NCBI GenBank assembly: GCA_040882355.1
Contig: JBBEBM010000026.1
Location: 1-34,404 of the forward strand
Reading direction: 5' to 3'
Length of the DNA: 34,404 nt
Source: Dehalococcoidia bacterium
GTDB lineage: Bacteria > Chloroflexota > Dehalococcoidia > DSTF01 > RBG-16-68-14
The stretch's first letter is position 1; each line of letters opens with the position of its first letter. The position numbers and the translations under genes were made by a program. Positions 17,200 to 26,210 of the stretch are shown in pieces. Under the pieces are notes generated by a model that was not told where the DNA came from, searched no databases, and saw only the letters and a list, made by a program, of their open reading frames with translations.

Positions 17200-17810
17200 G
17201 AGCCAGGTGCCGCATCCTCACAGCCGTTGGTCTTGTCCTCGGTCGCGCACCGTTTGAAGGACCCCAGATGCTCACCTGAGTCGGTTACGATCCGTATCGA
17301 GTAGGCGATGGGCGGCCCGCCCGAGGGGTACAGCTCGTTGGAGAACTCGATGTGCTGGAAGCCGCGCTCGCTCGCTTCCACGGTGACCTCGTACGTGGAG
17401 CCGCGCAGCGCGACCGCGCGGGCTCGATAGGTCAGCAGATACAGGTCCACGTACCGTCCCTCCGCGACCTCGCCGTCGGCAGCGCACGGCTCGACGCCAC
17501 GTTGGTCCTGCGTCGACCACAGCCCATGCAACGGCCACGAATCGAACAGCTCCGAGTTGCCGCCTTCCCACGTAAAGGCCGGCTCGTCGAACGTGGCGCG
17601 AAGGGACGCCTCGTCCCGGCCGGCGTAACGGGCCAGGCTCCAGATGCTCGCGCGTTGCTGGTCAAGCGGGGGGCGCGTCCAGGTGTCGGACTGCTGGCAG
17701 ACCGCGAACGGAAGCGTTTCGTCATCGGTACGATCGGCCTCGTCCCCGCCTGAACCGCACGCAACGAACAGCAGACCGCAGAGCAGCGCGGCGAGCCGGA
17801 TGAACAGCAT
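17196..17810 (-). CDS. Hypothetical lipoprotein
   Basis: Signal peptide with lipobox LFVA-C; co-oriented with the methyltransferase and starting 15 nt downstream of it. Confidence 0.7.
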   Translation of the reverse strand: MLFIRLAALLCGLLFVACGSGGDEADRTDDETLPFAVCQQSDTWTRPPLDQQRASIWSLARYAGRDEASLRATFDEPAFTWEGGNSELFDSWPLHGLWSTQDQRGVEPCAADGEVAEGRYVDLYLLTYRARAVALRGSTYEVTVEASERGFQHIEFSNELYPSGGPPIAYSIRIVTDSGEHLGSFKRCATEDKTNGCEDAAPGS

Positions 17811-17825
17811 CGATCCCCCGCCCGG

Positions 17826-18686
17826 TCAGGCCGTCTCCCACGTGATCAGCACCTCGCGCGCATCGTGGCCTGAGCGCCGCGCGAATGCGTTCCCGACGCT
17901 CATGAACAGGGCGTCGAAGTGCTCATCCAGGAGCCGTTGCGCGCGGGCGCGGTCCTCGGCGTTCGGCAGCCACAGGTCATCGAGCTGCCGGCCGACGGTC
18001 TCCGCCTGCGTCCCCGGCGCCGCCACGGACGCGCCGATGCCCGCTCCGAAGGGCACCGGCAGCACGCGCACGTCGGGCAGGACACCCATGTCCCAGAGCA
18101 CGGGCAGCAGCTCGCGGTGGCCGGGGAGCGGCGCGAGCTCCTCATCATAGACGGCCCGGAAGATGTCGTTTCGCATGTTCGGCGGCGGCGTGCTGAAGAC
18201 CGCGATGATCACCCGCCGTCGAGCCCCGGCAGCTAGCTTCTCGATGAACGGCACGATGTCGCGCACGAAGTAGGTGACGTGCGCCGCGATCGCCACGTCG
18301 CCGGCGAGCGGTTCGCCTATCTCCGTCCACCCACCCGGAACGGCGCGAGCGTTCGTGATGTCGGCCTCGGCAGCCGATGACTCGAACTCCGCAATCATCG
18401 CCGGCGAGGGTTCGGCGTTGACCACTTCGCCGCAACGGAGCGCCAGCGGCAGGCCGATCCGCCCCGCGCCCCCTCCCACGTCGACGACCACGTCGCCCGC
18501 GCGCACGTACGAGCAGATCGCCTCGAGGTTGGCGTCCAACTCGCGACGCGGGTCGTAGCGAAAGCGCTTCGCCGCGGCACTCGCGCCTCCGTAGCGGTCG
18601 CCCTGGGGCGCGCCGCCGCGAATCCGCTCCGCTTGACTCGTCATCGCGTCCACGAGCGCCGCGTAGTGCTCGGCCGCGCTAGTCAT
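17826..18686 (-). CDS. Class I SAM-dependent methyltransferase
   Basis: Motif I VVDVGGGAGR, then AEPSPAM and DVAIAAHVTYFV. Start overlaps the hisS stop. Confidence 0.88.
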   Translation of the reverse strand: MTSAAEHYAALVDAMTSQAERIRGGAPQGDRYGGASAAAKRFRYDPRRELDANLEAICSYVRAGDVVVDVGGGAGRIGLPLALRCGEVVNAEPSPAMIAEFESSAAEADITNARAVPGGWTEIGEPLAGDVAIAAHVTYFVRDIVPFIEKLAAGARRRVIIAVFSTPPPNMRNDIFRAVYDEELAPLPGHRELLPVLWDMGVLPDVRVLPVPFGAGIGASVAAPGTQAETVGRQLDDLWLPNAEDRARAQRLLDEHFDALFMSVGNAFARRSGHDAREVLITWETA

Positions 18687-19953
18687 GGGCGACGCTCTCC
18701 GCCAGCGCCGCCTCGGCCACGGCGCGCTGCTGGCCGTCGCGCATGTCGCGCAGCGTCACCTCGCCGCTGGCCAGCTCGCGCTCGCCCAGGACCGCGACGT
18801 AGCGCGCGCCAACGGCGTCGGCGTGGCGGAACTGCGACTTCAGGCTGCGCCCGCCGCCCACCACGGCGCTCACGCCGGCGCCTCGCAGGCGGTGCGCGAC
18901 TCGCAGCGCCGCTGCCAGGCCACCCTCCGACGCGTGCGCGATGTAGACGCGCGGCGGCTCGATCTCTGGCACGGGCGCTTCCTGGCGCTTCAGGTTGAGG
19001 ACGATCCGCTCGATGCCGCTGCCGAAGCCGATGCCGGGCGTCGGCTGGCCGCCGAGCAGCTCGATCAGGCCGTCGTAGCGACCGCCCGCCCCGACCGTCG
19101 ACTGCCCACCTTCCTCTTGCGGCATGAACTCGAAGACCGTGCGCGTGTAGTAGTCGAGCCCGCGCACCAGTCGGGAGTCGAGCGTGTACGCGATCGCCAG
19201 CTCGTCGAGATACGTGCGCAGCGCGGCGAAGTGCGTCGCGCACGGCTCGCAGAGGCGCTCGGCGATCGTCGGCGCGCCCGCGATCACCTCCTGACAACGC
19301 TCCTCCTTACAGTCCAGCAGCCGCATCGGGTTCTTCTCGTAGCGCATGCGGCAGTCGGGGCAGACGCGATCGATCTGATCGGCGTAGTACTCGCGCAGCG
19401 CCTCGATGTAGGCCGGGCGGCACTGCCCGTCGCCGATGCTGTTCAGGTGCAGCTCAAGGCCCGCCAGGCCGAGCCCGTCGTAGAACGTCGCCAACAGGTC
19501 GATCACCTCCGCGTCCACCGCGGCGCTGCCATCGCCGATCGCCTCGACGCCGAACTCGCTGTGCTGGCGAAAACGCCCGGCCTGCGGGCGGTCGTAGCGG
19601 AACTTCTGCGCGAAGTAGAAGAGGCGCACCGGTTGGGGACGGCTCGCCATGCCGTGCTCGATGTACGCGCGACAGACGCTCGCCGTCGTCTCGGGGCGGA
19701 GGGCGAGCTTCTCGCCGCCGCGGTCCTCGAAGAGGTACATCTCCTTGTCGACGACCTCCGTGCCCTCGCCGGACGTGCGGAGCCAGACACGCGCGTCCTC
19801 GAACATCGGCGTCTCGATGTAGCGGTAGCCGAACAGCCCGGCGACGCGCTCGCCCGTCCGGCGCACGAAGCGCCAGTGCGCCTCGTCCTCGGGAAGTACG
19901 TCCTTCGTCCCGCGAGGCGCCTGGAATCGAATGCGTCGCTCGTCCTCGCTCAT
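18679..19953 (-). CDS. hisS: Histidine--tRNA ligase
   Basis: Motifs APRGTKD, KEMYLFED, LRPETTAS, FRYDRPQAGRFRQH, LVRGLDYYTRTVFE and GGRYDGL. Start is ATG 19953; the extension to 20190 crosses repeats. Confidence 0.98.
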   Translation of the reverse strand: MSEDERRIRFQAPRGTKDVLPEDEAHWRFVRRTGERVAGLFGYRYIETPMFEDARVWLRTSGEGTEVVDKEMYLFEDRGGEKLALRPETTASVCRAYIEHGMASRPQPVRLFYFAQKFRYDRPQAGRFRQHSEFGVEAIGDGSAAVDAEVIDLLATFYDGLGLAGLELHLNSIGDGQCRPAYIEALREYYADQIDRVCPDCRMRYEKNPMRLLDCKEERCQEVIAGAPTIAERLCEPCATHFAALRTYLDELAIAYTLDSRLVRGLDYYTRTVFEFMPQEEGGQSTVGAGGRYDGLIELLGGQPTPGIGFGSGIERIVLNLKRQEAPVPEIEPPRVYIAHASEGGLAAALRVAHRLRGAGVSAVVGGGRSLKSQFRHADAVGARYVAVLGERELASGEVTLRDMRDGQQRAVAEAALAESVAHD

Positions 19954-19999
19954 CGTGCCGCCAGCATAGCTAACGGCAGGGTCAGGGGTCGAGGGCCAC

Positions 20000-20034
20000 G
20001 CTCGATGCTCGATGTTCGAGGCTCGAAGCTCGCC
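20000..20034 (+). repeat. Heptamer tandem repeat
   Basis: GCTCGAT-GCTCGAT-GTTCGAG-GCTCGAA-GCTCGCC, flanked by GGGGTC and CCCCGACC tracts. Confidence 0.65.
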
Positions 20035-20079
20035 CCGACCCCGACCGCCGAGCGGCGCCCCCTGCCCCCATCTCCGCGG

Positions 20080-20097
20080 GTCGGGCTTTAGCCCGAC
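20080..20097 (+). repeat. REP-like palindrome
   Basis: GTCGGGCT-TT-AGCCCGAC. Confidence 0.65.
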
Positions 20098-20306
20098 GCG
20101 TCGCGGCACGGCGACCCTGTCGACGGGCAGGCTTTTCGCGTCATTACGATTTGCAGAATCGCCTTTCTCCACCAAAACGCCCCGGAGCACGTGCCCAGCG
20201 CGTATCTATCGCAGGCGCGCCCGAAGCGCCTTGCCCGCGATGTGTTGTCGGGCGAGAGGATACGCCCGCCGGGCGCTAGCGCGAAGAGGCTCGTGGCACG
20301 AGCGCT

Positions 20307-20384
20307 GTAGCTGCAGACCTTCAGGTCTGCTCGACCCGTCTGCCCAGGCCGGCACCAACGGCAGGGCTTTCGCCCCGCAGCTAC
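20307..20384. repeat. Inverted pair of GTAG-tagged REPs (REPIN/BIME-like)
   Basis: Termini GTAGCTGC...GCAGCTAC; internal hairpins GCAGACCTTCAGGTCTGC (20313-20330) and GCAGGGCTTTCGCCCCGC (20361-20378). Confidence 0.8.
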
Positions 20385-20431
20385 GGGAGTCAGCCCCGAT
20401 GCAGGACCCGGGTGGCCGCGCCGAAGATCAG

Positions 20432-21076
20432 ATGATGACGGTGAGACGACGGCGTGGTGCGACGAACGCAGGAATCGTGCTGGCGTTGGCGACGTGCGGC
20501 CTTGCGCTGGCCGCAGTCGCGTGCAACGGCACCCTGGGCGGGGGCGACTCCCCGGAGCCGCCCGCCAGCGCGCTGGAGAGCGAGACATTCCTCGCTCCCG
20601 TTGAGGACGCCCGGGCGTTGGGTATCGAACCCTACTGGCTTGGTCAGGAAATCGAGGCTGGCGGAATCCAGTTCAAAGCGAGCGGCGTAGCCCGCGTTTA
20701 TGGGGATGAGGAGGATGCCCGCCTCAACATGCAGTACAGCGGGGACGTCGGTAACGGCTTTGTGGGCCTTGGTCTGGACAGCTATGCCACTCGGGGCAGC
20801 TCCTTTCGAGAACGAATGAATCAGGCTCTCGCCGAGCCCGGCGCAACGTCGGAGGCGGTCCGCGTAGGAAATCACCAGGGCACGCTGGTCGTTCTGCCTG
20901 GCGGCAGACGACCCGTGAACACGTTGCTCCTTTTGGTGAGCGTTGATGAAGCAACCGTTGTTGTCTGGGCAAAGGCAGGCAGCACGGGCGTGCCGGGCAC
21001 AGATGGTAATCCCCTCATCGACAAGGATCTGCTCATCCAGGTCGTGGCGGAGAATCTGCAACCCATACCGGAGTAG
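20432..21076 (+). CDS. Hypothetical lipoprotein
   Basis: Basic N-terminus, hydrophobic stretch and lipobox AAVA-C; PYWLG motif; atypical codon usage. Start is ATG 20432 or 20435 (uncertain); the track's extension to 20012 crosses repeats. Confidence 0.7.
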   Translation: MMTVRRRRGATNAGIVLALATCGLALAAVACNGTLGGGDSPEPPASALESETFLAPVEDARALGIEPYWLGQEIEAGGIQFKASGVARVYGDEEDARLNMQYSGDVGNGFVGLGLDSYATRGSSFRERMNQALAEPGATSEAVRVGNHQGTLVVLPGGRRPVNTLLLLVSVDEATVVVWAKAGSTGVPGTDGNPLIDKDLLIQVVAENLQPIPE

Positions 21077-21216
21077 ACCCCGCCCCTGCGGCACTCCCCC
21101 AAGCTGTGTCGATTCCCCAAGCGGGGCCGGGCCACGCACCGGGCCCATGATCCGCCTCCCACACGGCCGACAATGTACTTGATGACCCGGTTCCGCCGTC
21201 CGCCTATCTGTTTCGC

Positions 21217-21257
21217 ATCCGCTGATGCTATCCGCTCATCCGATTCGAATCCGCTGA
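21217..21257 (+). repeat. ATCCG(CT/AT) short direct repeats upstream of rel
   Basis: ATCCGCTGA (21217), ATCCGCTCA (21230), ATCCGATTC (21238) and ATCCGCTGA (21249), just before TGG-TAAAGT (21261-21269). Confidence 0.55.
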
Positions 21258-21278
21258 CTATGGTAAAGTTGAGCTGAG

Positions 21279-23498
21279 ATGGTGCTGGCGCGAACGAAAG
21301 CGCAAGAGCAACGCGGCCTGCCGGAGCTGCTGGAGAAGGCGCGCGCCTACCTGCCCGACGAGGGCGTGCGCCTCGTCGAAGAGGCGTACGAGTTCGCGCA
21401 GACCTGCCACGCCGATCAAAAGCGCCTCTCCGGCGAGCCCTACATCATCCACCCGCTGGACGCCGCCATCACAGTCGCCGGCCTGCAGCTCGACGCCGTT
21501 GCTGTGGCAGCGGCGCTGCTTCACGACGTGCAGGAGGACTGCGGCATACCCAACGACGAGCTGGAGCGCCGCTTCGGGCCGGAGGTGGCGAAGCTGGTCG
21601 ACGGCGCCACGAAGCTGAAGCGCATCACCTGGCAATCGCCCGAAGAGCGCGTTTCGGACGGCGCGGCACAGGCGGAGAACCTGCGCAAGATGTTCCTCGC
21701 CATGGCGGAGGACGTGCGGGTCGTCATCATCAAGCTCGCCGACCGCCTGCACAACATGCGCACCCTGGAGTACCTGCAGCCGGAGAAGCGGCTGCGCGTC
21801 GCCCAGGAGACCATGGAGATCTACGCGCCGCTCGCCTCACGGCTCGGCATCTGGCAGATCAAGTGGGAGCTGGAGGACCTCTCCTTCCGGCACCTGGAGC
21901 CCGAGAAGTACCGCGAGATCTCGCAGCTCATCGCCTCCAAGCGGGCCACTCGCGAGCGCTACATCGCCCAGATCGAGAAGATCCTGCTCGAGGAGCTGGC
22001 GAAGCAGGAGATCGAGGCGTCGGTGCAGGGCCGCGCGAAGCACATCTACAGCGTCTACGAGAAGATGCAGAAGTACGCCGGCGAAGGCAAGAGCTTCAAC
22101 GAGATCTACGATCTGCTGGCCCTGCGCGTGCTCGTCGACAGCGTGGCCGACTGCTACACGGCGCTCGGCATCATCCACGGCCTCTGGCGACCGATCCCGG
22201 GCCAGTTCGACGACTACGTCGCGAACCCAAGGGGCGGCGTCTACCAGTCGCTCCACACGACAGTGATGTGCCTGGACGCGCGGCCCCTCGAGATCCAGAT
22301 TCGCACGAACGAGATGCACCGCCTCGCCGAGTACGGCGTCGCCGCGCACTGGCGATACAAGGAGGGCGGCCGCCAGGACCTGCGCTTCGAGGAGCAGGTC
22401 TCGTGGCTCCGCCAGCTCCTGGAGTGGCAGCGCGAGATGGCCCACGCCGAAGACTTCGTCGAAACGGTGAAGACGGACATCTTCCAGGACCAGGTCTTCG
22501 TCTACACGCCCAAGGGCGAGATCAAGGACCTCCCCGCCAGCGCTACCCCCATCGACTTCGCGTTCCGCATCCACACGGAGCTGGGCTATCACTGCATCGG
22601 CGCGAAGGTGAACGGGCGCCTCGTCGCGCTCAACTACCCGCTCGAGAACGGCGACGTCGTCGAGGTGCTCGTCGGGCGCAGCTCGCGCGGCCCTTCGCGC
22701 GACTGGCTGAACCCGAACCTGGGTTACGTGAACACGAGCCACGCCCGCGAGAAGATCCGCCAGTGGTTCCGCAAACAGGAGCGCGCCGAGAACATCGAGA
22801 AGGGCCGCGAGATGCTCGAGAAGGAGCTGCGTCGCCTGGGCGTCACGATCGCCCAGGCGAAGAGCGACCTCCTGCGCCAGTTCCCCTACGAGTCGCTGGA
22901 CGACCTCCACGCCGCGCTCGGCTTCGGCGGCGCCAGCCTCCATCAGGTCGCCGTCCGCCTCACGCGGCTCCTCACCCCCGAGGAGCCGAAGCTCCCGACG
23001 GCCGAGCCGTCCCGCCTGCCCGTCTCGACCTCCGCCATCCAGGTGCTCGGCACGGGCGACCTGCTCACCCAGCTCGGGCGCTGCTGCAACCCTGTGCCTG
23101 GCGACGACATCATCGGTTACATCACGCGGAGTCGCGGCGTGACCGTCCACCGACGCGACTGCTTCAACGTGCTCCACGAGGACGAACGCGAGCGCCTGGT
23201 CGACGTGGAGTGGGGGAGCACCGGCGAGTTCTTTCCCGTCGCCGTCCAGATCGAGGCGTGGGACCGTGTCGGTCTCCTGCGTGACGTCAGCACCGTCATC
23301 GCAGAGGAGAAGGTGAACATGGTCGCGGTGCGCACGCAGGAGTTCGGCGACCGCACCACCGCCATCTACCTCACGCTGGAGACGCGCGGCGTCGGCCAGC
23401 TCAGCCGCCTGCTCAGCAAGCTCGAGATCATCCGAGGCGTGATCAGCGTCTCGCGCACGGCGGAGCACAAGCGACCGTCACTCCGCCGAGCGAAGTGA
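21279..23498 (+). CDS. relA: Bifunctional (p)ppGpp synthetase/hydrolase (long RSH: HD-SYNTH-TGS-ZFD-ACT)
   Basis: Motifs RLSGEPYIIHP, LLHDVQED, IKLADRLHNMRTL, YQSLHT, EIQIRT, AEYGVAAHWRYK, VFVYTPKG, CCNPVPGD and DRVGLLRDV. Confidence 0.98.
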   Translation: MVLARTKAQEQRGLPELLEKARAYLPDEGVRLVEEAYEFAQTCHADQKRLSGEPYIIHPLDAAITVAGLQLDAVAVAAALLHDVQEDCGIPNDELERRFGPEVAKLVDGATKLKRITWQSPEERVSDGAAQAENLRKMFLAMAEDVRVVIIKLADRLHNMRTLEYLQPEKRLRVAQETMEIYAPLASRLGIWQIKWELEDLSFRHLEPEKYREISQLIASKRATRERYIAQIEKILLEELAKQEIEASVQGRAKHIYSVYEKMQKYAGEGKSFNEIYDLLALRVLVDSVADCYTALGIIHGLWRPIPGQFDDYVANPRGGVYQSLHTTVMCLDARPLEIQIRTNEMHRLAEYGVAAHWRYKEGGRQDLRFEEQVSWLRQLLEWQREMAHAEDFVETVKTDIFQDQVFVYTPKGEIKDLPASATPIDFAFRIHTELGYHCIGAKVNGRLVALNYPLENGDVVEVLVGRSSRGPSRDWLNPNLGYVNTSHAREKIRQWFRKQERAENIEKGREMLEKELRRLGVTIAQAKSDLLRQFPYESLDDLHAALGFGGASLHQVAVRLTRLLTPEEPKLPTAEPSRLPVSTSAIQVLGTGDLLTQLGRCCNPVPGDDIIGYITRSRGVTVHRRDCFNVLHEDERERLVDVEWGSTGEFFPVAVQIEAWDRVGLLRDVSTVIAEEKVNMVAVRTQEFGDRTTAIYLTLETRGVGQLSRLLSKLEIIRGVISVSRTAEHKRPSLRRAK

Positions 23499-23533
23499 GC
23501 CGCCTTCTGGACAGCGACCCAAAGTGAGATTAT

Positions 23534-23555
23534 GCCGCCGACTTCAGTCGGCGGT
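23534..23555. repeat. REP- or IS200/IS605-end-like palindrome
   Basis: GCCGCCGAC-TTCA-GTCGGCGGT; no transposase nearby. Confidence 0.6.
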
Positions 23556-23579
23556 CTTGTACGTGTACACTCTCCTTCA

Positions 23580-24821
23580 ATGAGGACTGCCTCTTGCCGC
23601 GCCCTCCGCGCACCGGCCGTCGCGCTGTTCTGTCTAGCGCTCGTGGGCGCCTCCGCCTGCAACGACGATGAGGGCGGCGGGCTGTCGCCTGAAGTGCCGG
23701 CGCCGTTCGCCACAGACGTACCCGAGGCGCCCGCCGGCGCCTACGCCCTCGCGTGGGACGGCGTCAGCGAACCGCAGCCGGTCGTCGACGAGCCGCTGCC
23801 TCGCGGCTACAGCGTCGAGACCGTGGTGACGGGCCTGAGCGACCCGGTCGGCCTCGCCTTCCTGCCGGACGGCCGGGTCCTCGTCGGGGAGCAGCACGCA
23901 GGCCGCATCCGCGTCATCGAAGACGGGGCCCTGCTGGACGAGCCGTTCGCCACCATCGAGAACGTCGCGCCGCGCCCGCTCGAGCTGGGCCTGATCGGCA
24001 TCGCCGTCGATCCGCAGTTCGCCGAGAACCACTGGGTCTACGCCTTCTACGTCGAGGTCGACAACCGCGACCGGCCACAGCGCGCCGTGCTTCTACGCCT
24101 CACCGAGCGCGACGGTTTGGGCGTCGAGCCCGAGGAGATCGCCGTGCTCCCGGCCACGGCGACCGACAAGCACAACGGAGGCGGCCTCAAGTTCGGGCCG
24201 GACGGCAAGCTCTACCTCTCCATCGGCGACACCGACCGCGCCGAGCAGGCGGACGACCCGTCGGAGGCGACCGGCAAGATTCTGCGTATGAACCGCGACG
24301 GCTCCACGCCGCCCGACAACCCGCTGGTGAACCAGCCTGACGCCGACGACCGCGTCTTCGCCTACGGCTTTCGCAACCTCGTCGGCTTCGCCTTCCACCC
24401 CGACCTGCCGGGCCGGCTCATCGCCACCGACAACGGCATCACCGGCTTCGACGAGATCAACGTCGTGCGGCCGGGCGGGCGCTACGGCTGGCCGCACGTC
24501 CTCGCCTTCAGCGACAACGCCGCCTACGAAGACCCCGTCTGGACCTACCTGCGCTCGATCGCGCCCGCCGGGATGGAGGTCTACACAGACGATGTGCTCT
24601 CCGAGTTCACGGGAGACGTCTTCTTTTGCCAGTTCCTGGGCGCAGCGCTCCACCGCCTGCGTTTCTCGGAGGACTTCCAGCGCATCGACTCCGACACCGT
24701 CATCGCCACCGGTTGCGCGACGGGCATCGCGCAGGGCCCCGACGGCCTCCTCTACTTCCTCGACCTCGACCCGGACGACCCTGACGGCGGCCGCCTCTCG
24801 CGGATCACCGGACCGCCCTAG
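23580..24821 (+). CDS. PQQ-dependent sugar dehydrogenase (GSDH/YliI-like beta-propeller) lipoprotein
   Basis: Lipobox ASA-C; PVGLAFLPDGR, HNGGGLKFGPDGKLYLSIGD, GKILRMNRDGSTPPDNP, AYGFRN, DEIN and YGWP. TACACT lies 8 nt before ATG 23580. Confidence 0.9.
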   Translation: MRTASCRALRAPAVALFCLALVGASACNDDEGGGLSPEVPAPFATDVPEAPAGAYALAWDGVSEPQPVVDEPLPRGYSVETVVTGLSDPVGLAFLPDGRVLVGEQHAGRIRVIEDGALLDEPFATIENVAPRPLELGLIGIAVDPQFAENHWVYAFYVEVDNRDRPQRAVLLRLTERDGLGVEPEEIAVLPATATDKHNGGGLKFGPDGKLYLSIGDTDRAEQADDPSEATGKILRMNRDGSTPPDNPLVNQPDADDRVFAYGFRNLVGFAFHPDLPGRLIATDNGITGFDEINVVRPGGRYGWPHVLAFSDNAAYEDPVWTYLRSIAPAGMEVYTDDVLSEFTGDVFFCQFLGAALHRLRFSEDFQRIDSDTVIATGCATGIAQGPDGLLYFLDLDPDDPDGGRLSRITGPP

Positions 24822-24824
24822 GCT

Positions 24825-24900
24825 TTAGCCACAGATTCACACCGATGAACACAGATCTTACGGCCTTACATGGGCACTATCTGTGTCCATCTGTGGCCAA
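24825..24900. repeat. Inverted ATCTGTG-family repeat element between convergent genes
   Basis: TTAGCCACAGATTCACACCGATGAACACAGAT ... ATCTGTGTCCATCTGTGGCCAA. Confidence 0.8.
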
Positions 24901-24921
24901 TAGGCCGGCCGCCAGGCAGGG

Positions 24922-26061
24922 CTAACGCCATGCAGCTACGAGGCGCGCGGCCACCTCGCGCGCGATCGCCAGGCTCGATGTCATGCCGGGCGACTCGATG
25001 CCGCCGAGGTGCACGTAGCCGCGGTCGTGCCAGAGCAGGAAGTCTTGCGTCGGTTCGCCCGGGTCGCACAGCTTCGCGCGATAGCCCACCTGGCCCGGCG
25101 CCAGGTCGTCCGCCTCCAGCCACGGCAGGTAGCGCCGCGCCGATTCCAGGAACGCCTCGCGGCGCGTGTCGTCCGAGCGATAGTCGACCGGGGCGTCCTC
25201 ATCGAGCCACTCGGTATCCGGCCCCAGGTGCGCCCCGCCGTCGATGTCGAGCGTGACGTGGACGCCGAGGCCGGAGCGATCGCCGTGCGGCAGCGGGTAG
25301 ACGAGGTGCTTGAGCTGCGCTGCCTTCTGCGCGTCGACAATGTCGTAGTAGCGGCCCTTGTTCAGCCGCTGTCGCAGGCGCGGCGTCGTCTCATCGCCGT
25401 CCAACGGATAGCCAAGGAGCGCGGCGATGCGGTCGGCCGCCATCCCTGCGCTGTTCACCAGCGTCGACGCCTCGATGGCGAACTCGCTGCCCTCAGGATC
25501 GGCGCCACTCACGAGAAAGCCGTCGTTCGCGCGCTCGATCGACGTCACGTCGTGCTTGTAGGCGAGGATCGCGCCGTTCGCCTCCGCCGTCTTCGCGTAC
25601 GAGCGCATCAGCTCCATCTGGTCGATCACGCCCGACGAACCGGAGTACAGCGCCCCCACCGCCCGCACCGACGGCTCCAGCTCCCGCGCGCGCTCGCCTG
25701 TGAGCAGCTCCAGCTCCGAAACGCCGTTCTCGCGCGCCGAGCGGTAGAGCGTTTCGAGCGCGGGCAGCTCGCCATCGTTCATCGCGATGACGAGCTTGCC
25801 GCAGCGGCGCGCGCGGACGTTCGCCTCCGCTGCCCACTCGTAGAGCAGCCGGTTCCCCTCGATGCAGAGCCGCGTCTTCAGCCAGTCGGGAGGGAAGTAG
25901 ATGCCGGCGTGGATGACGCCGCTGTTGTGCGAGCTGTTCTCCAGCCCGTAGCTCTCGTGCCGCTCCAGCACGACGACCTGTCGCGCGCGCGACAGCTCCA
26001 GCGCGACGGCAAGCCCCACCACACCCGCGCCGATGATTGCTACGTCTACCCTGTCCGTCAT
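24922..26061 (-). CDS. FAD-dependent oxidoreductase, L-2-hydroxyglutarate oxidase (LhgO)-like
   Basis: Motifs IIGAGVVG, SSHNSGVIHAGIY, CGKLVIA, KGRYY, LVYPLP, GLGVHVT, GPD and GIESPGMTSSLAIA. Confidence 0.88.
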   Translation of the reverse strand: MTDRVDVAIIGAGVVGLAVALELSRARQVVVLERHESYGLENSSHNSGVIHAGIYFPPDWLKTRLCIEGNRLLYEWAAEANVRARRCGKLVIAMNDGELPALETLYRSARENGVSELELLTGERARELEPSVRAVGALYSGSSGVIDQMELMRSYAKTAEANGAILAYKHDVTSIERANDGFLVSGADPEGSEFAIEASTLVNSAGMAADRIAALLGYPLDGDETTPRLRQRLNKGRYYDIVDAQKAAQLKHLVYPLPHGDRSGLGVHVTLDIDGGAHLGPDTEWLDEDAPVDYRSDDTRREAFLESARRYLPWLEADDLAPGQVGYRAKLCDPGEPTQDFLLWHDRGYVHLGGIESPGMTSSLAIAREVAARLVAAWR

Positions 26062-26210
26062 GCCTCATTCTAGAACGCGATGCCAGGGAGGACATACCGC
26101 GAAGGCCAACGGCCGACATCGTGGGGGCGCGCAGTTACGCGCCGTGGCCGGCGCAGCCGGTCGCAGGAAAGGCACTCAGCAGATGAAGAGCATCGATGGC
26201 GTGTACTGAA

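Noticed and set aside
19954..20431. N-terminal extensions of hisS (to 20190) and of the lipoprotein (to 20012)
   Set aside because: They translate through REP and heptamer repeats. Family motifs or the signal peptide begin at 19953 and ~20432. The same applies to the aroKB 14433, GSDH 23532 and MOSC 30663 starts.
23534..23555. Intact IS200/IS605 element
   Set aside because: Only a single hairpin; no tnpA, tnpB or iscB ORF and no partner end.
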